64,000 nt of DNA from Nannocystis radixulma (GTDB lineage: Bacteria; Myxococcota_A; Polyangia; Nannocystales; Nannocystaceae). This document shows positions 1-8,336 of this stretch, one piece after another (within the stretch, counting starts at the first letter, position 1; each line of letters starts with the position of its first letter). A program made the position numbers and the translations under genes. The notes under the pieces were generated by a model. It ran no database searches. It was not told where the DNA came from and was given only the letters and a program-made list of their open reading frames with translations. The stretch spans positions 565,253-629,252 of the forward strand of contig NZ_JAQNDN010000024.1 of NCBI RefSeq assembly GCF_028369095.1, in the 5' to 3' direction.

Positions 1-759
1 CTGGTGTTCGCGGCCACGGCCGGGGCGGTGGCCCTCGGCGGCGTGCTGGCGGTCAACACCATCTATTTCTTCTGGCAATCGTGGCACTACACCCGCCAGA
101 GCTACGGGATCGCCCGCGCCTACCACCGCAGCGCCGGCGTCGACCCGGCCGGCGATCGCCTCAGCGACGTGGTGGTATTCGCGTGGCCGCTGTGGGGCCT
201 GCTGCACCGCGCGCACCAGGGACCGGCGCTGTTCTACGGCGGGCCGCTGTGGATGCCGCCGGTACCGAAGCTGCTGGTGACGGCCGCCGGGGTGGTGGCC
301 CTCGCGGCGCTGGCCGCGTGGACGCTGCGTCACCTGCGGTCGCTGCGATCGGGCCGACCGCGCAGCGCCGGGCAGGCGCTGTTCGTGCTGTCGCACGTGG
401 TGATCACGGCGGTCAGCTACATCGCGATCCCGGAGATCACGCTCGGCTGGCTGTTCATCAACATCTGGCACAACGCGCAGTACCTGCTGTTCGTGTGGGC
501 GATGAACGTGCGCCGGTTCGAGCGCGGCGTCGATCCGCAGCGGCCGTTCCTGTCGCGCCTGTGCCAGCCGGACCAGGCGTTGCGCTACGCGCTGGTGTGC
601 CTGGCGCTGGGTGCCGGGTTCTACTTCACGCTCGGCCAGGCGACCGGCCGCATGTCGTGGGACGTGCTGCCGTTCGTGCTGGTCTGCCATCAGACGGTGA
701 ACTTCCATCATTACATCGTCGACGCGGTGATCTGGCGCTCGCGCGGGCGTCGGGGCTGA
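1..759 (+). CDS. integral membrane protein, 5'-truncated at window edge (family not recognised)
   Basis: Frame-1 ORF is open from nt 1 to TGA 757-759. Several hydrophobic helix-like segments and normal amino-acid composition, unlike the overlapping Arg-rich ORF 81..986. Confidence 0.55.
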   Translation: MVFAATAGAVALGGVLAVNTIYFFWQSWHYTRQSYGIARAYHRSAGVDPAGDRLSDVVVFAWPLWGLLHRAHQGPALFYGGPLWMPPVPKLLVTAAGVVALAALAAWTLRHLRSLRSGRPRSAGQALFVLSHVVITAVSYIAIPEITLGWLFINIWHNAQYLLFVWAMNVRRFERGVDPQRPFLSRLCQPDQALRYALVCLALGAGFYFTLGQATGRMSWDVLPFVLVCHQTVNFHHYIVDAVIWRSRGRRG

Positions 760-816
760 CGCGGGCCGGCGGTTCGGGCCCACTGGAAGGAGATGTCCCT
801 GCGGACATGTCCTTCG

Positions 817-1467
817 TCACGCCGCGCCGTCGGGGTCGAGCTCGCGGGCGCGCTCCAGGTGCTCGCGGCCCTGGCGGCTGCGCGGTCCGCCGAGCGCGGT
901 GGCCCGCTCGCGGTAAGCGAAGGCGACGAAGCGGCGCAGCTGCGGATCGTCGGGGCGCTCGCGCACCAGCGCCTCGTACACGCTGAAGACGCCGGTCCAC
1001 TCGGCGTCGGGGCACAGCCAGCGACGGACCTCGGCGCAGCCCTCGGCGAGGGTGTACTCGTCGAGCCAGCGATCGTCGCCGTCGCCGGTCGAGCGCACGA
1101 ACAGGTGCGCGTCGACGAGGAACACGGCCAGGCGATCGAGCGCCCAGTGCAGGTTGCGCGCGTCGATGTAGCAGACGTCCGACAGCTGCTCGAGCGACAG
1201 CAGGTCCTGGCCCGGCTCGCCGCGATCGAGCGACCAGCCGTGGGCGTGCTCGTCGCGGTTGATGCGCTGGAACGGCCAGTTCTGGGACGGCAGCGCCTCC
1301 AGCGTGGCGTCGAGCTCGACGGTCGCGCCCGGCCGCACGGGGATCAGCGCCCGGTAATCGTCGAACCAGGGCGCGACCTGCTGGAACCACAGGCGGTAGC
1401 GGCCGTAGAACGCCGGATCGCGGTCGCGGACGAAGCCGCGGACGACGGGGAAGGGCTGCGGGATCAT
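817..1467 (-). CDS. hypothetical protein (~217 aa)
   Basis: C-terminal 217 aa of ORF 817..1959(-) have balanced composition, with ATG at complement 1465-1467. The N-terminal remainder of that ORF is V/S-rich antisense of the neighbouring gene's Thr/Ser linker. Confidence 0.45.
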   Translation of the reverse strand: MIPQPFPVVRGFVRDRDPAFYGRYRLWFQQVAPWFDDYRALIPVRPGATVELDATLEALPSQNWPFQRINRDEHAHGWSLDRGEPGQDLLSLEQLSDVCYIDARNLHWALDRLAVFLVDAHLFVRSTGDGDDRWLDEYTLAEGCAEVRRWLCPDAEWTGVFSVYEALVRERPDDPQLRRFVAFAYRERATALGGPRSRQGREHLERARELDPDGAA

Positions 1468-1555
1468 GCGCACCGGCGCCACGCAGCATCGCACGACACC
1501 GGCGCGTCGACACGTGGCCGTGACAGACGCGCTCGAGGCGTGCGAGGATGCTCGC

Positions 1556-2815
1556 ATGCGCGCGAGCGGGCTGGTACGCGGGGTGTTGTGTGGAGCGCTG
1601 GGGCTGGCGGGTTGCGGCGATCCAGCCCCGGGCGGCGCGACGGGCGAGACGGCGACGGGCACGAGCACGAGCACAGGCACGAGCACGAGCACCGGGACGA
1701 CGACGGACGCGCCGACCACCACGACGCCGACGTCCGGCTCGGGCTCCGGCGGGGAGACGACGTCGACGACCTCGACGTCGGAGGCGGCGACGGCGACCAG
1801 CGAGGCGCTGACGTCGACGACCTCGACGGCGACGAGCTCGACCGCGACGACGTCGACGGACTCGACGACCACCGGCGACACCGACACCGACACGACCGGC
1901 GGCGGATCGCTCGACGACGTGCTGACGCTGCAGCATGTGCAGGTCAAGGGCACGCACAACAGCTACCACCTCGAGCCGCTGATCGCGTTCGACGCCAGCC
2001 ACGAGTACAGCCACGCGCCGCTCGACGTGCAGCTCGACGCGCAGGGCGTGCGGGCGTTCGAGCTCGACGTGCACAGGGGCGTGAGCGAGTTCGAGGTCTA
2101 TCACATCTCGGTGATCGACTCGGTGGCGACCTGTTCGACGCTGTCCGAGTGCCTGGGGGTGATCGGGGGGTGGTCGCTGGCGCACCCGGAGCACGTGCCG
2201 ATCGTGGTGTGGATCGAGATCAAGGACTCGACCGGCGGGCTGCCGATCGGCGCCGGCGACCTCGATGCGATCGACGACGTGATCCGCGAGGCGCTGCCGC
2301 CCGAGCAGCTGTTCACGCCCGACGACCTGCGCGGCGACCACCTGAACGTGCGCGCGGCGCTCGAGGCCGACGGCTGGCCGACGCTGGCGCAGGTGCGCGG
2401 GCAGGTCCTGGTGGTGCTGCTCAACGTCGAGGACGGCCACGCGGAGAACTACACCGACGGGTTCACGCCGCTGGACGGCCGGGCGATGTTCGCCCGCGCG
2501 ACGCCGAACCAGTTCACCGCGGGGTGGGCGGCGATCGCCAAGCTCGGGATCGACGAGACCGAGGCGCTGACGCAGGCGCACGCGGCGAGGATGCTGATCG
2601 CCACCAACGTGTGCGGCGCGGGCGACGACGACGGCGAATGCACGGAGAGGATGGCGGCTGCCAAGGCCGCGGGGATCCACATGCTCAAGGACGACTTCCC
2701 GGCGGCCGTCGACGGGATGACCTACTGGCTCGATTTCCCCGACGGCAACCCGGCCCGCTGCAACCCGGTCACGGCGCCGCCGGAGTGCACGAGCGTCGCC
2801 GTGGAGGACCTGTGA
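1556..2815 (+). CDS. lipoprotein with PLC-like phosphodiesterase (PI-PLC X-like) domain
   Basis: ATG 1556. Signal peptide with lipobox LAGC-GD and a ~110-aa Thr/Ser-rich acidic linker. Catalytic-type motif VKGTHNSYH typical of the PLC-like phosphodiesterase TIM barrel. Confidence 0.7.
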   Translation: MRASGLVRGVLCGALGLAGCGDPAPGGATGETATGTSTSTGTSTSTGTTTDAPTTTTPTSGSGSGGETTSTTSTSEAATATSEALTSTTSTATSSTATTSTDSTTTGDTDTDTTGGGSLDDVLTLQHVQVKGTHNSYHLEPLIAFDASHEYSHAPLDVQLDAQGVRAFELDVHRGVSEFEVYHISVIDSVATCSTLSECLGVIGGWSLAHPEHVPIVVWIEIKDSTGGLPIGAGDLDAIDDVIREALPPEQLFTPDDLRGDHLNVRAALEADGWPTLAQVRGQVLVVLLNVEDGHAENYTDGFTPLDGRAMFARATPNQFTAGWAAIAKLGIDETEALTQAHAARMLIATNVCGAGDDDGECTERMAAAKAAGIHMLKDDFPAAVDGMTYWLDFPDGNPARCNPVTAPPECTSVAVEDL

Positions 2816-2828
2816 CGCGAATTTCCTG

Positions 2829-2886
2829 AAGAGACATGTCCTCAAGAGCATGTCTGATGGAGCATGCTCGGGAGGACATGACGCCA
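2829..2886. repeat. array of 4 CATG-centred units with exact 14-bp spacing (intergenic repeat family, copy 1)
   Basis: CATG at 2835, 2849, 2863, 2877. Units GAGACATGTC / GAGCATGTCT / GGAGCATGCTC / GGACATGAC, each a short palindrome around CATG. Confidence 0.7.
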
Positions 2887-3039
2887 CAGGCCCCGGGGAC
2901 CCGGCGGCAGGACCGCGCTCGCCGGCGACCCGGCGCCCGACCTGTTGGCGGCCGGCGACGTCGACGGCGACGGGCGGGCCGACGTGGTCGCCGGCGCGCC
3001 GGGACAGGCGAGCGTGGCGCTGCTCCGGACAGGTCCGTA
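2882..3039 (+). pseudogene. FG-GAP/VCBS repeat gene remnant (~52 codons, no start)
   Basis: Frame opening at 2882 reads ...ALAGDPAPDLLAAGDVDGDGRADVVAGAPGQASVALLRTGP* (stop TAA 3037-3039), a textbook FG-GAP repeat unit. There is no start codon or upstream coding sequence, and it is bracketed by the two CATG arrays. Confidence 0.35.
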
Positions 3040-3090
3040 AGGCATGTCATGGAGGGCATGCCCGATCGGGCATGTTCTCTGCATCAGGTC
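3039..3090. repeat. array of 3-4 CATG-centred units with 14-bp spacing (copy 2)
   Basis: CATG at 3043, 3057, 3071 (CATC at 3082). Units AAGGCATGTC / AGGGCATGCCC / CGGGCATGTTC. Confidence 0.65.
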
Positions 3091-3189
3091 CTTTGCAATA
3101 GGTGCGAAAGGCCAGGTCCCACAGCGGGCTCGAGGTGCCGAACTCGGCCGCGCTGTCGGGCTCGAGATGTCGAACTCCGGCGTGTGGCC

Positions 3190-4584
3190 TCAGGCCGCGG
3201 GCAGCGCGGCGAGCACCGCGGACGCGAAGCCGTCGAGGTCCCAGGCCGCGCGGTCGTGGGTCATGCCGAGGCGGACGATCACCGCGTCGCGCGACGGCAC
3301 GATGAGGACCGCCTGGCCCTGGAAGCCGGAGGCCTGGTAGGCGTCGGCGGGCACGTGCGGCAGGCGGCGCTTGTTCGGGTCGGCGGGGTCGGGGGCGTTG
3401 GCCCAGAAGTGCGCCGCGTAGTCGCCGGTGCCGGTCTTCGTCGGCGTGCGGCTGTACGCGACCCAGCCCTCCGGGAGGATCCGCGCGCCGTCCCACACGC
3501 CGTCGCGCAGGTACAGCAGGCCGAAGCGGGCCCAGTCGCGCGCGGTCGCGTAGACGAACGAGGAGCCGAGGAAGGTGCCGCTGGCGTCGGTCTCGAACAC
3601 GGCGGAGCGCATGCCGAGCGGCGCGAACAGGGCCTCGTGCGGGAAGCGGTGGTAGGCCGCGAGCTCGGGGAACTGACGGCGCACGATCCAGCTGAGGATG
3701 TTGGTGGTGCCGCTCGAGTAGGAGAACACGGTGTCGGGGTCGTGCGCGAGCGGCCGCGCCAGGGCCACGTCGGCGGCGTCGTCGACCTCGAACAGCATGT
3801 GCGTGGCGTCGGCGAGCGGGCCGTAGCGCTCCTCGAATTCGAGGCCGCTGCTCATCCGCAGCAGCTGGTCGAGGGTGACCGCGCGGCGCGGGTCGTCGGC
3901 CCACGCGGGCACCGGCGCGGGTGCGTCGCGGGTCAGCAGGCCGCGGCCGACGAGGATCCCGACCAGCGCGCTCGTGATGCTCTTCGACATCGACCAGCCG
4001 AGGTGCCGCGTGTCGCGGTCGAAGCCGTCGGCGTAGCGCTCGGCGACGATCGCCCCGCCGAGGACGACGACGACGGCGCGGGTGCGGCGGAGCGAGTCGG
4101 GGTTCGGCTCGGCGAACGCGGCGGCCACGGCAGCGTCGAGCGCGGTCCGGTCCAGCCCGGGCGGATCGGCGGCCAGGCGCTCGCCCTCGCCGGCCGGCCA
4201 CGGGGCGTCGTTCGCGGGTGCGTGCGCCAGCGCGAGGGTCTGGGCCTGCAGAGACTCCGGGGTGACGTCGATCGCCAGGGCGCAGCCGAGGCCGTCGCGG
4301 TACACGGCCGTCCGCGCGGCCAGGCCGAACACGCTGGCGCGGACGCGTCGCTGCTCGCGGTCGACGGTGAACGACACGTACGATTGCGGCGCGAGGTCCT
4401 CGGCGGCGACGGGGTCCGGAGCGCGGCCGGCCACGAACACGGCCGAGCAGGCGTTCTTGGCCACGTAGCCGGTCGCCGTCGGCAAGATCCAGCCGGCGAG
4501 GAAGACGAGCGCGGCCAGCAGCACGACGCCGAGGCCGACGAGGAGCCGGCGGCGCCAGCGAGGAGGAGGGGGCTTGGGAGACAC
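3190..4584 (-). CDS. serine hydrolase / beta-lactamase-family protein (membrane anchored)
   Basis: GTG start at complement 4582-4584. N-terminal TM helix (LLVGLGVVLLAALVFLAGWIL). SxxK active-site motif WSMSKSITS. 464 aa of balanced composition. Confidence 0.8.
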   Translation of the reverse strand: MSPKPPPPRWRRRLLVGLGVVLLAALVFLAGWILPTATGYVAKNACSAVFVAGRAPDPVAAEDLAPQSYVSFTVDREQRRVRASVFGLAARTAVYRDGLGCALAIDVTPESLQAQTLALAHAPANDAPWPAGEGERLAADPPGLDRTALDAAVAAAFAEPNPDSLRRTRAVVVVLGGAIVAERYADGFDRDTRHLGWSMSKSITSALVGILVGRGLLTRDAPAPVPAWADDPRRAVTLDQLLRMSSGLEFEERYGPLADATHMLFEVDDAADVALARPLAHDPDTVFSYSSGTTNILSWIVRRQFPELAAYHRFPHEALFAPLGMRSAVFETDASGTFLGSSFVYATARDWARFGLLYLRDGVWDGARILPEGWVAYSRTPTKTGTGDYAAHFWANAPDPADPNKRRLPHVPADAYQASGFQGQAVLIVPSRDAVIVRLGMTHDRAAWDLDGFASAVLAALPAA

Positions 4585-4899
4585 GCCGGGGCACTATACC
4601 GTCGTCCGCGGCGAGCAGGGCGGCGCGCGGGCGCGCAGGCCGACGCGGTATCCGTCGCGGAGAGGCCAGGCTCCGCCTCGTCGTGGGGGCGACCGCTCGC
4701 TGCAATCGGTGCGAGGAATCGGCCGTGGGCCGACTCCTATGATTCCCGGGCGGGCTGGGTCCCGGCGACCTCGCAATGGGCACACCGCGGATGCCGGAAA
4801 TTCGGACGACCGTCCGGCGGAAAACCAGTGACTTCGGACATCTTCGTACGCGGCGCATCGGCGCGAGTAGGCTGGCGCGGCGTGATAACGTGTGGACCC

Positions 4900-6045
4900 A
4901 TGCGGCTGTTGTCTTGTGCGGGTCCTGTCCTGTCGTGCGCCTCGCTCCTCCTCCTCGCGTGCGGAGACGACGGCGGGAGCACCAATACGGGGGCCACGGG
5001 GGTCACGGGCGCGACCTCGCTCCCGCCGACGGGGACGACCGATCCGTCGACCGGCGGGCCGCCGACGACGGGCGAGCCCCCCGGCGCGACGACCAGCGAC
5101 GACAGCACCGGCGCACCGACGTCGAGCGGCGGGCCGCTGCTCGACGTCGGCACGCCCGACTTCGGCGGCGGCGAGGAGTGCTCGGCCGAGCTGCACACCG
5201 CCTGCGACGCGGTCGACGGCGACCCGCTGCAGGCGATCGGCCTCAACTGCCCGGGCGAGGTCACGGTCACCGGCGGCTTCGACGGCAACCCGGCCGGGCT
5301 GCGGGTCATCTCGCAGTGGGGCGAGGCCGCCACGTTCACGCCGCGCGAGGGCAGCAGCTTCCTGGTGCTCAGCACCGGCGACCTGGCGCAGATGCACGAC
5401 GTGCCGGCCGACGAGGGCGACGTCGCCTATCACTGCAACTCGTGGTTCGAGCCCGGCGACGGCATGGACACCACCAAGTTCCCGCCGCCGATCACCAAGC
5501 AGCCGGTCCAGGGCGATTGCCTGGCCGACCCGTCGCTGGTCGGCACCGGCGACTGCTCGAAGACGATCGAGAACCAGTTCGAGCAGAGCGGCTTCAAGTA
5601 CGACTACCAGGAGCTGCGCTTCAAAGCGACGGTCCCGGAGGGCGCCGAGTCGTTCAGCTTCGACCTGGCGTTCTTCACCAAGGAGTATCCGACGTGGAAG
5701 AACCAGCCGTACAACGACATGTTCATCGGCTGGCTGCAGTCGACCAACTGGACCGGCAACATCTCGTTCGACGATCAGGGCAAGGCGCTGTCGCTCAACG
5801 CGGCGTTCCTCGAGCTGTACGACGACGCCGGCGACCTGCCCGAGTTCGCCGGCACGTGCATGCGCTACAGCGCCGGCACGAAGTGGCTGACGACCACCGC
5901 CGACGTGGTGCCCGGCGAGACCATCGAGCTGGTGCTGGCGATCTTCGACCTCGACGACGTCAACTGGGACAGCTTCGTGCTGGTCGACAACTTCCAGTGG
6001 CACTGCGGCGACGCGGCCGGGCCGGTGACCGAGCCGGTCGGCTGA
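4900..6045 (+). CDS. secreted lipoprotein, unknown function (382 aa)
   Basis: ATG 4900 in frame with ORF 2836..6045. Lipobox LLLLAC-GDD followed by a Thr/Gly/Pro-rich linker. C-terminal ~270 aa are W/Y/F-rich with low Arg content. Confidence 0.7.
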   Translation: MRLLSCAGPVLSCASLLLLACGDDGGSTNTGATGVTGATSLPPTGTTDPSTGGPPTTGEPPGATTSDDSTGAPTSSGGPLLDVGTPDFGGGEECSAELHTACDAVDGDPLQAIGLNCPGEVTVTGGFDGNPAGLRVISQWGEAATFTPREGSSFLVLSTGDLAQMHDVPADEGDVAYHCNSWFEPGDGMDTTKFPPPITKQPVQGDCLADPSLVGTGDCSKTIENQFEQSGFKYDYQELRFKATVPEGAESFSFDLAFFTKEYPTWKNQPYNDMFIGWLQSTNWTGNISFDDQGKALSLNAAFLELYDDAGDLPEFAGTCMRYSAGTKWLTTTADVVPGETIELVLAIFDLDDVNWDSFVLVDNFQWHCGDAAGPVTEPVG

Positions 6046-6058
6046 CACGGAGGGCGGC

Positions 6059-6092
6059 GTGGAGCACATGTCTCTGGAGACATGTGCTCCGT
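6059..6092. terminator. 30-bp near-perfect inverted repeat GGAGCACATGTCTC-TG-GAGACATGTGCTCC between convergent genes (CATG-unit family, copy 3)
   Basis: Seen directly. Two CATG 14 bp apart (6067, 6081). Lies between the stop of the + lipoprotein (6045) and the stop of the - AraC gene (6107). Likely a bidirectional terminator-like hairpin, but no U tract. Confidence 0.4.
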
Positions 6093-6106
6093 GCGCCACG
6101 GGAGGT

Positions 6107-7084
6107 TCACGCGGGCGCGGGCGCGTCGCGGCGGAACTGGCCGGGGGTGACGCCCACGTGGCGCTTGAACGCCTTGCCGAACGCGCCGTCGGTCTCGTAG
6201 CCCACGGCGCGGGCGACGTCGGCCAGCGAGGCGTCGCGGTCGCGCAGCAGGGCCATCGCCCGGTGCATGCGCCAGCGGGTGACGTAGGCCAGCGGGGCGT
6301 CGCCGACCAGCGCCTTGAAGCGCTCGGCGAACACCGAGCGCGACATGCCGGCCAGGCGCGCCAGGCCGGCCAGCGTCCACGGCGCCTGCGGCTTCTCGTG
6401 GACGCGCTGCAGCACCGCGCCGATCCGCGGGTCGACGAGCGCGCGCAGCCAGCCGCTCTCGCCTGACTCCGAGGACATGTGAGCGCGCAGCGCCTGGACG
6501 AACAGCACGTCGGCGAGGCGACTGACGACCGTCTCGTGGCCGGGCTGCTTGGCCTCGATCTCGGCGGCGACGAAGCGCAGGGTCGGCTCCAGCCAGCGCG
6601 GCGAATCGGCCGCGTCGGCCTTGACGTGCAGCAGGGTCGGCAGCTGTCCGGCCAATGGGCTCAAGGCCTCGCCCTCGAACGCGAACGAGCCGGCCACGAT
6701 CGTGACCGGGGCCCCGCCGCCGCCGTAATGCAGGAGGCCGCCGCACTGGAGCGGGACCCGCGTGGCGTACACCTCGGCCACCGGCAGCGCCTTCGTGCCT
6801 CGGCGGTCGCGCAGGCTGAATCGCGTGCCCGCGGGGATGAACACGAAATCGCCGCCGGCCAGCGCCAGCTCGGCGTCGTCGGTCGTCAGCAGGCAGCTGC
6901 CGCGCATGACCGCGTAGAACAGCGGGTGCGGCGAGCCGTCGATGCGCATGCCCCACGGCGCGGTCATCTCGTAGCGGGCGTGCACGCGGCTGTGCAGACG
7001 CACGCCGCGCAGGACGTCGGCGAGTACGTCGATGCCGGGACGACGGCCGGACGCTCGAACCATGAATTCGGATTTCTGGCGCAT
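6107..7084 (-). CDS. AraC-family transcriptional regulator (cupin sensor + HTH)
   Basis: C-terminal AraC HTH signature (...DVARAVGYETDGAFGKAFKRHVGVTPGQFRR) and an N-terminal cupin-like domain. Alternative ATG at 7063. Confidence 0.85.
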   Translation of the reverse strand: MRQKSEFMVRASGRRPGIDVLADVLRGVRLHSRVHARYEMTAPWGMRIDGSPHPLFYAVMRGSCLLTTDDAELALAGGDFVFIPAGTRFSLRDRRGTKALPVAEVYATRVPLQCGGLLHYGGGGAPVTIVAGSFAFEGEALSPLAGQLPTLLHVKADAADSPRWLEPTLRFVAAEIEAKQPGHETVVSRLADVLFVQALRAHMSSESGESGWLRALVDPRIGAVLQRVHEKPQAPWTLAGLARLAGMSRSVFAERFKALVGDAPLAYVTRWRMHRAMALLRDRDASLADVARAVGYETDGAFGKAFKRHVGVTPGQFRRDAPAPA

Positions 7085-7152
7085 GTTCGTCCTGTCGTCC
7101 CGGACTATAGACCACTCGGCGCGCCGGTCGGCGCGCAGGAGACGGGACGAGG

Positions 7153-8136
7153 ATGAGAGCGATCCGGATTCACAGGTTCGGCGGGCCCGAGGAGCTCCGC
7201 TGCGAGGAATTGGCCGTGCCGCAGCCCGGCGAGCACGAGGTCCTGCTGCGGGTGCACGCCGCGGGGCTCAACTACACCGATCTGGGGCAGCGCGCCGGGC
7301 ACATGATGGGCGCGCCGTCGCTGCCGTTCGTGCCGGGGCTGGAGGCGGCGGGCATGATCGAGGCGGTCGGGTCGGAGGTGCGCGGGCTCGCGGCCGGGAC
7401 GCGCGTGGTCGCCATGCTGCCGAATCAGGGCGGCCTCGCCGAGTACGCGGTGGCGCCGGCGTCGATGGTGGTGGCGATCCCCGAGGCGCTGTCGTTCGCG
7501 CAGGCGGTGGCCCTGCCGGCGCAGGGGCCCACGGCCCTGCTCGGGCTGCGGCTCGGCGCCCAGCTGCGCGGCGGCGAGTCGGTGTTCGTGCCCTCGGCGG
7601 CCGGTGGCGTCGGGACGCTGCTGGTGCAGCTGGCGCGTGCGCTCGGGGCCGGCCGGGTGATCGGGGCGGCGAGCCGGGCGGACAAGCGCGCCCTGGTGAC
7701 GCGCCTCGGCGCGGCGGCGACGGTCGACATGGCCGATCCGGCGTGGCCGGCCCAGGTGCGCGAGGCGACGGACGGGCGCGGCGCCGACGTGGTGTTCGTG
7801 GCCGGCGGCGGGGCGATCGCGGCCCGCAGCCTGGAGGCTCTGGCGCCGCGCGGACGTCTGGTGCTGTTCGGCGCCGACTGCATGTTCGACACGGCGTGGA
7901 GCCGCGAGCAGATGACGGGGCTGCTCGCGCAGAACCAGTCGATCGTCGGCTTCGCCACGTTCACCCTGCCGCTCGCGGAGCGACAGGCTGCCCTCGTCGA
8001 GGTGCTCGAATGGGCGGCGTCGGGGCGGATCGAGCCGGTGATCGGGCAGACCTTCGCGCTCGCCGAGGTCGCGCGGGCGCACGAGGCGATGGCGGCGCGG
8101 AGCACCACCGGCAAGGTCGTCGTCCACGTCGCGTGA
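7153..8136 (+). CDS. NADPH:quinone oxidoreductase / zinc-binding alcohol dehydrogenase-family (MDR) protein
   Basis: RBS GACGAGG before ATG 7153. Typical MDR layout with Rossmann motif AAGGVGTLLVQLA. Divergent from the AraC gene, a classic regulator/oxidoreductase pair. Confidence 0.85.
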   Translation: MRAIRIHRFGGPEELRCEELAVPQPGEHEVLLRVHAAGLNYTDLGQRAGHMMGAPSLPFVPGLEAAGMIEAVGSEVRGLAAGTRVVAMLPNQGGLAEYAVAPASMVVAIPEALSFAQAVALPAQGPTALLGLRLGAQLRGGESVFVPSAAGGVGTLLVQLARALGAGRVIGAASRADKRALVTRLGAAATVDMADPAWPAQVREATDGRGADVVFVAGGGAIAARSLEALAPRGRLVLFGADCMFDTAWSREQMTGLLAQNQSIVGFATFTLPLAERQAALVEVLEWAASGRIEPVIGQTFALAEVARAHEAMAARSTTGKVVVHVA

Positions 8137-8170
8137 GTGACCGGTCGAGGCGGCGACGGAGTGGCCATTC

Positions 8171-8222
8171 GGACATGTCTTGAGAATCATGCGCTCGGTA
8201 TTCTTTCGGTCATGTCGGCCCC
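8171..8222. repeat. weaker CATG-unit cluster (copy 4)
   Basis: GGACATGTCTTGAGAATCATGCGCTCGG...GGTCATGTCGGCC. CATG at 8175, 8188, 8211, with less regular spacing. Confidence 0.35.
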
Positions 8223-8336
8223 AGGCGCGAGTTCGCCCCGCGAGCACGCGCGCCGCCCGTGACGGAACGGGGCGTCCCCGGGCACTGCTACGAGAGAACC
8301 ACGAGCCCGGCCGTGGTCGCGGCGGAGGTTTCGACC

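Noticed and set aside
626-2887. Very long ORFs on both strands (626..2887-, 793..2829+; similarly 3047..4858-, 24726..28136-, 26174..30097+, 35850..38594+, 44016..46061-, 46054..48144-, 49082..51733-, 58230..62162-)
   Set aside because: Their composition is extremely Arg/Ala/Pro/Gly-rich, they run antisense to or out of frame with ORFs that carry clear motifs, and they have no RBS or signal features. These are typical high-GC frame artefacts.
2836-3084. Short peptide-like translations MSSRACLMEHARED / MSWRACPIGHVLC / MQRTCPIGHALHDMP / MILKTCPNGHS, recurring on both strands
   Set aside because: These are translations of the CATG palindromic arrays. The 14-bp period does not preserve any reading frame, so the similarity is at the DNA level, not the protein level.
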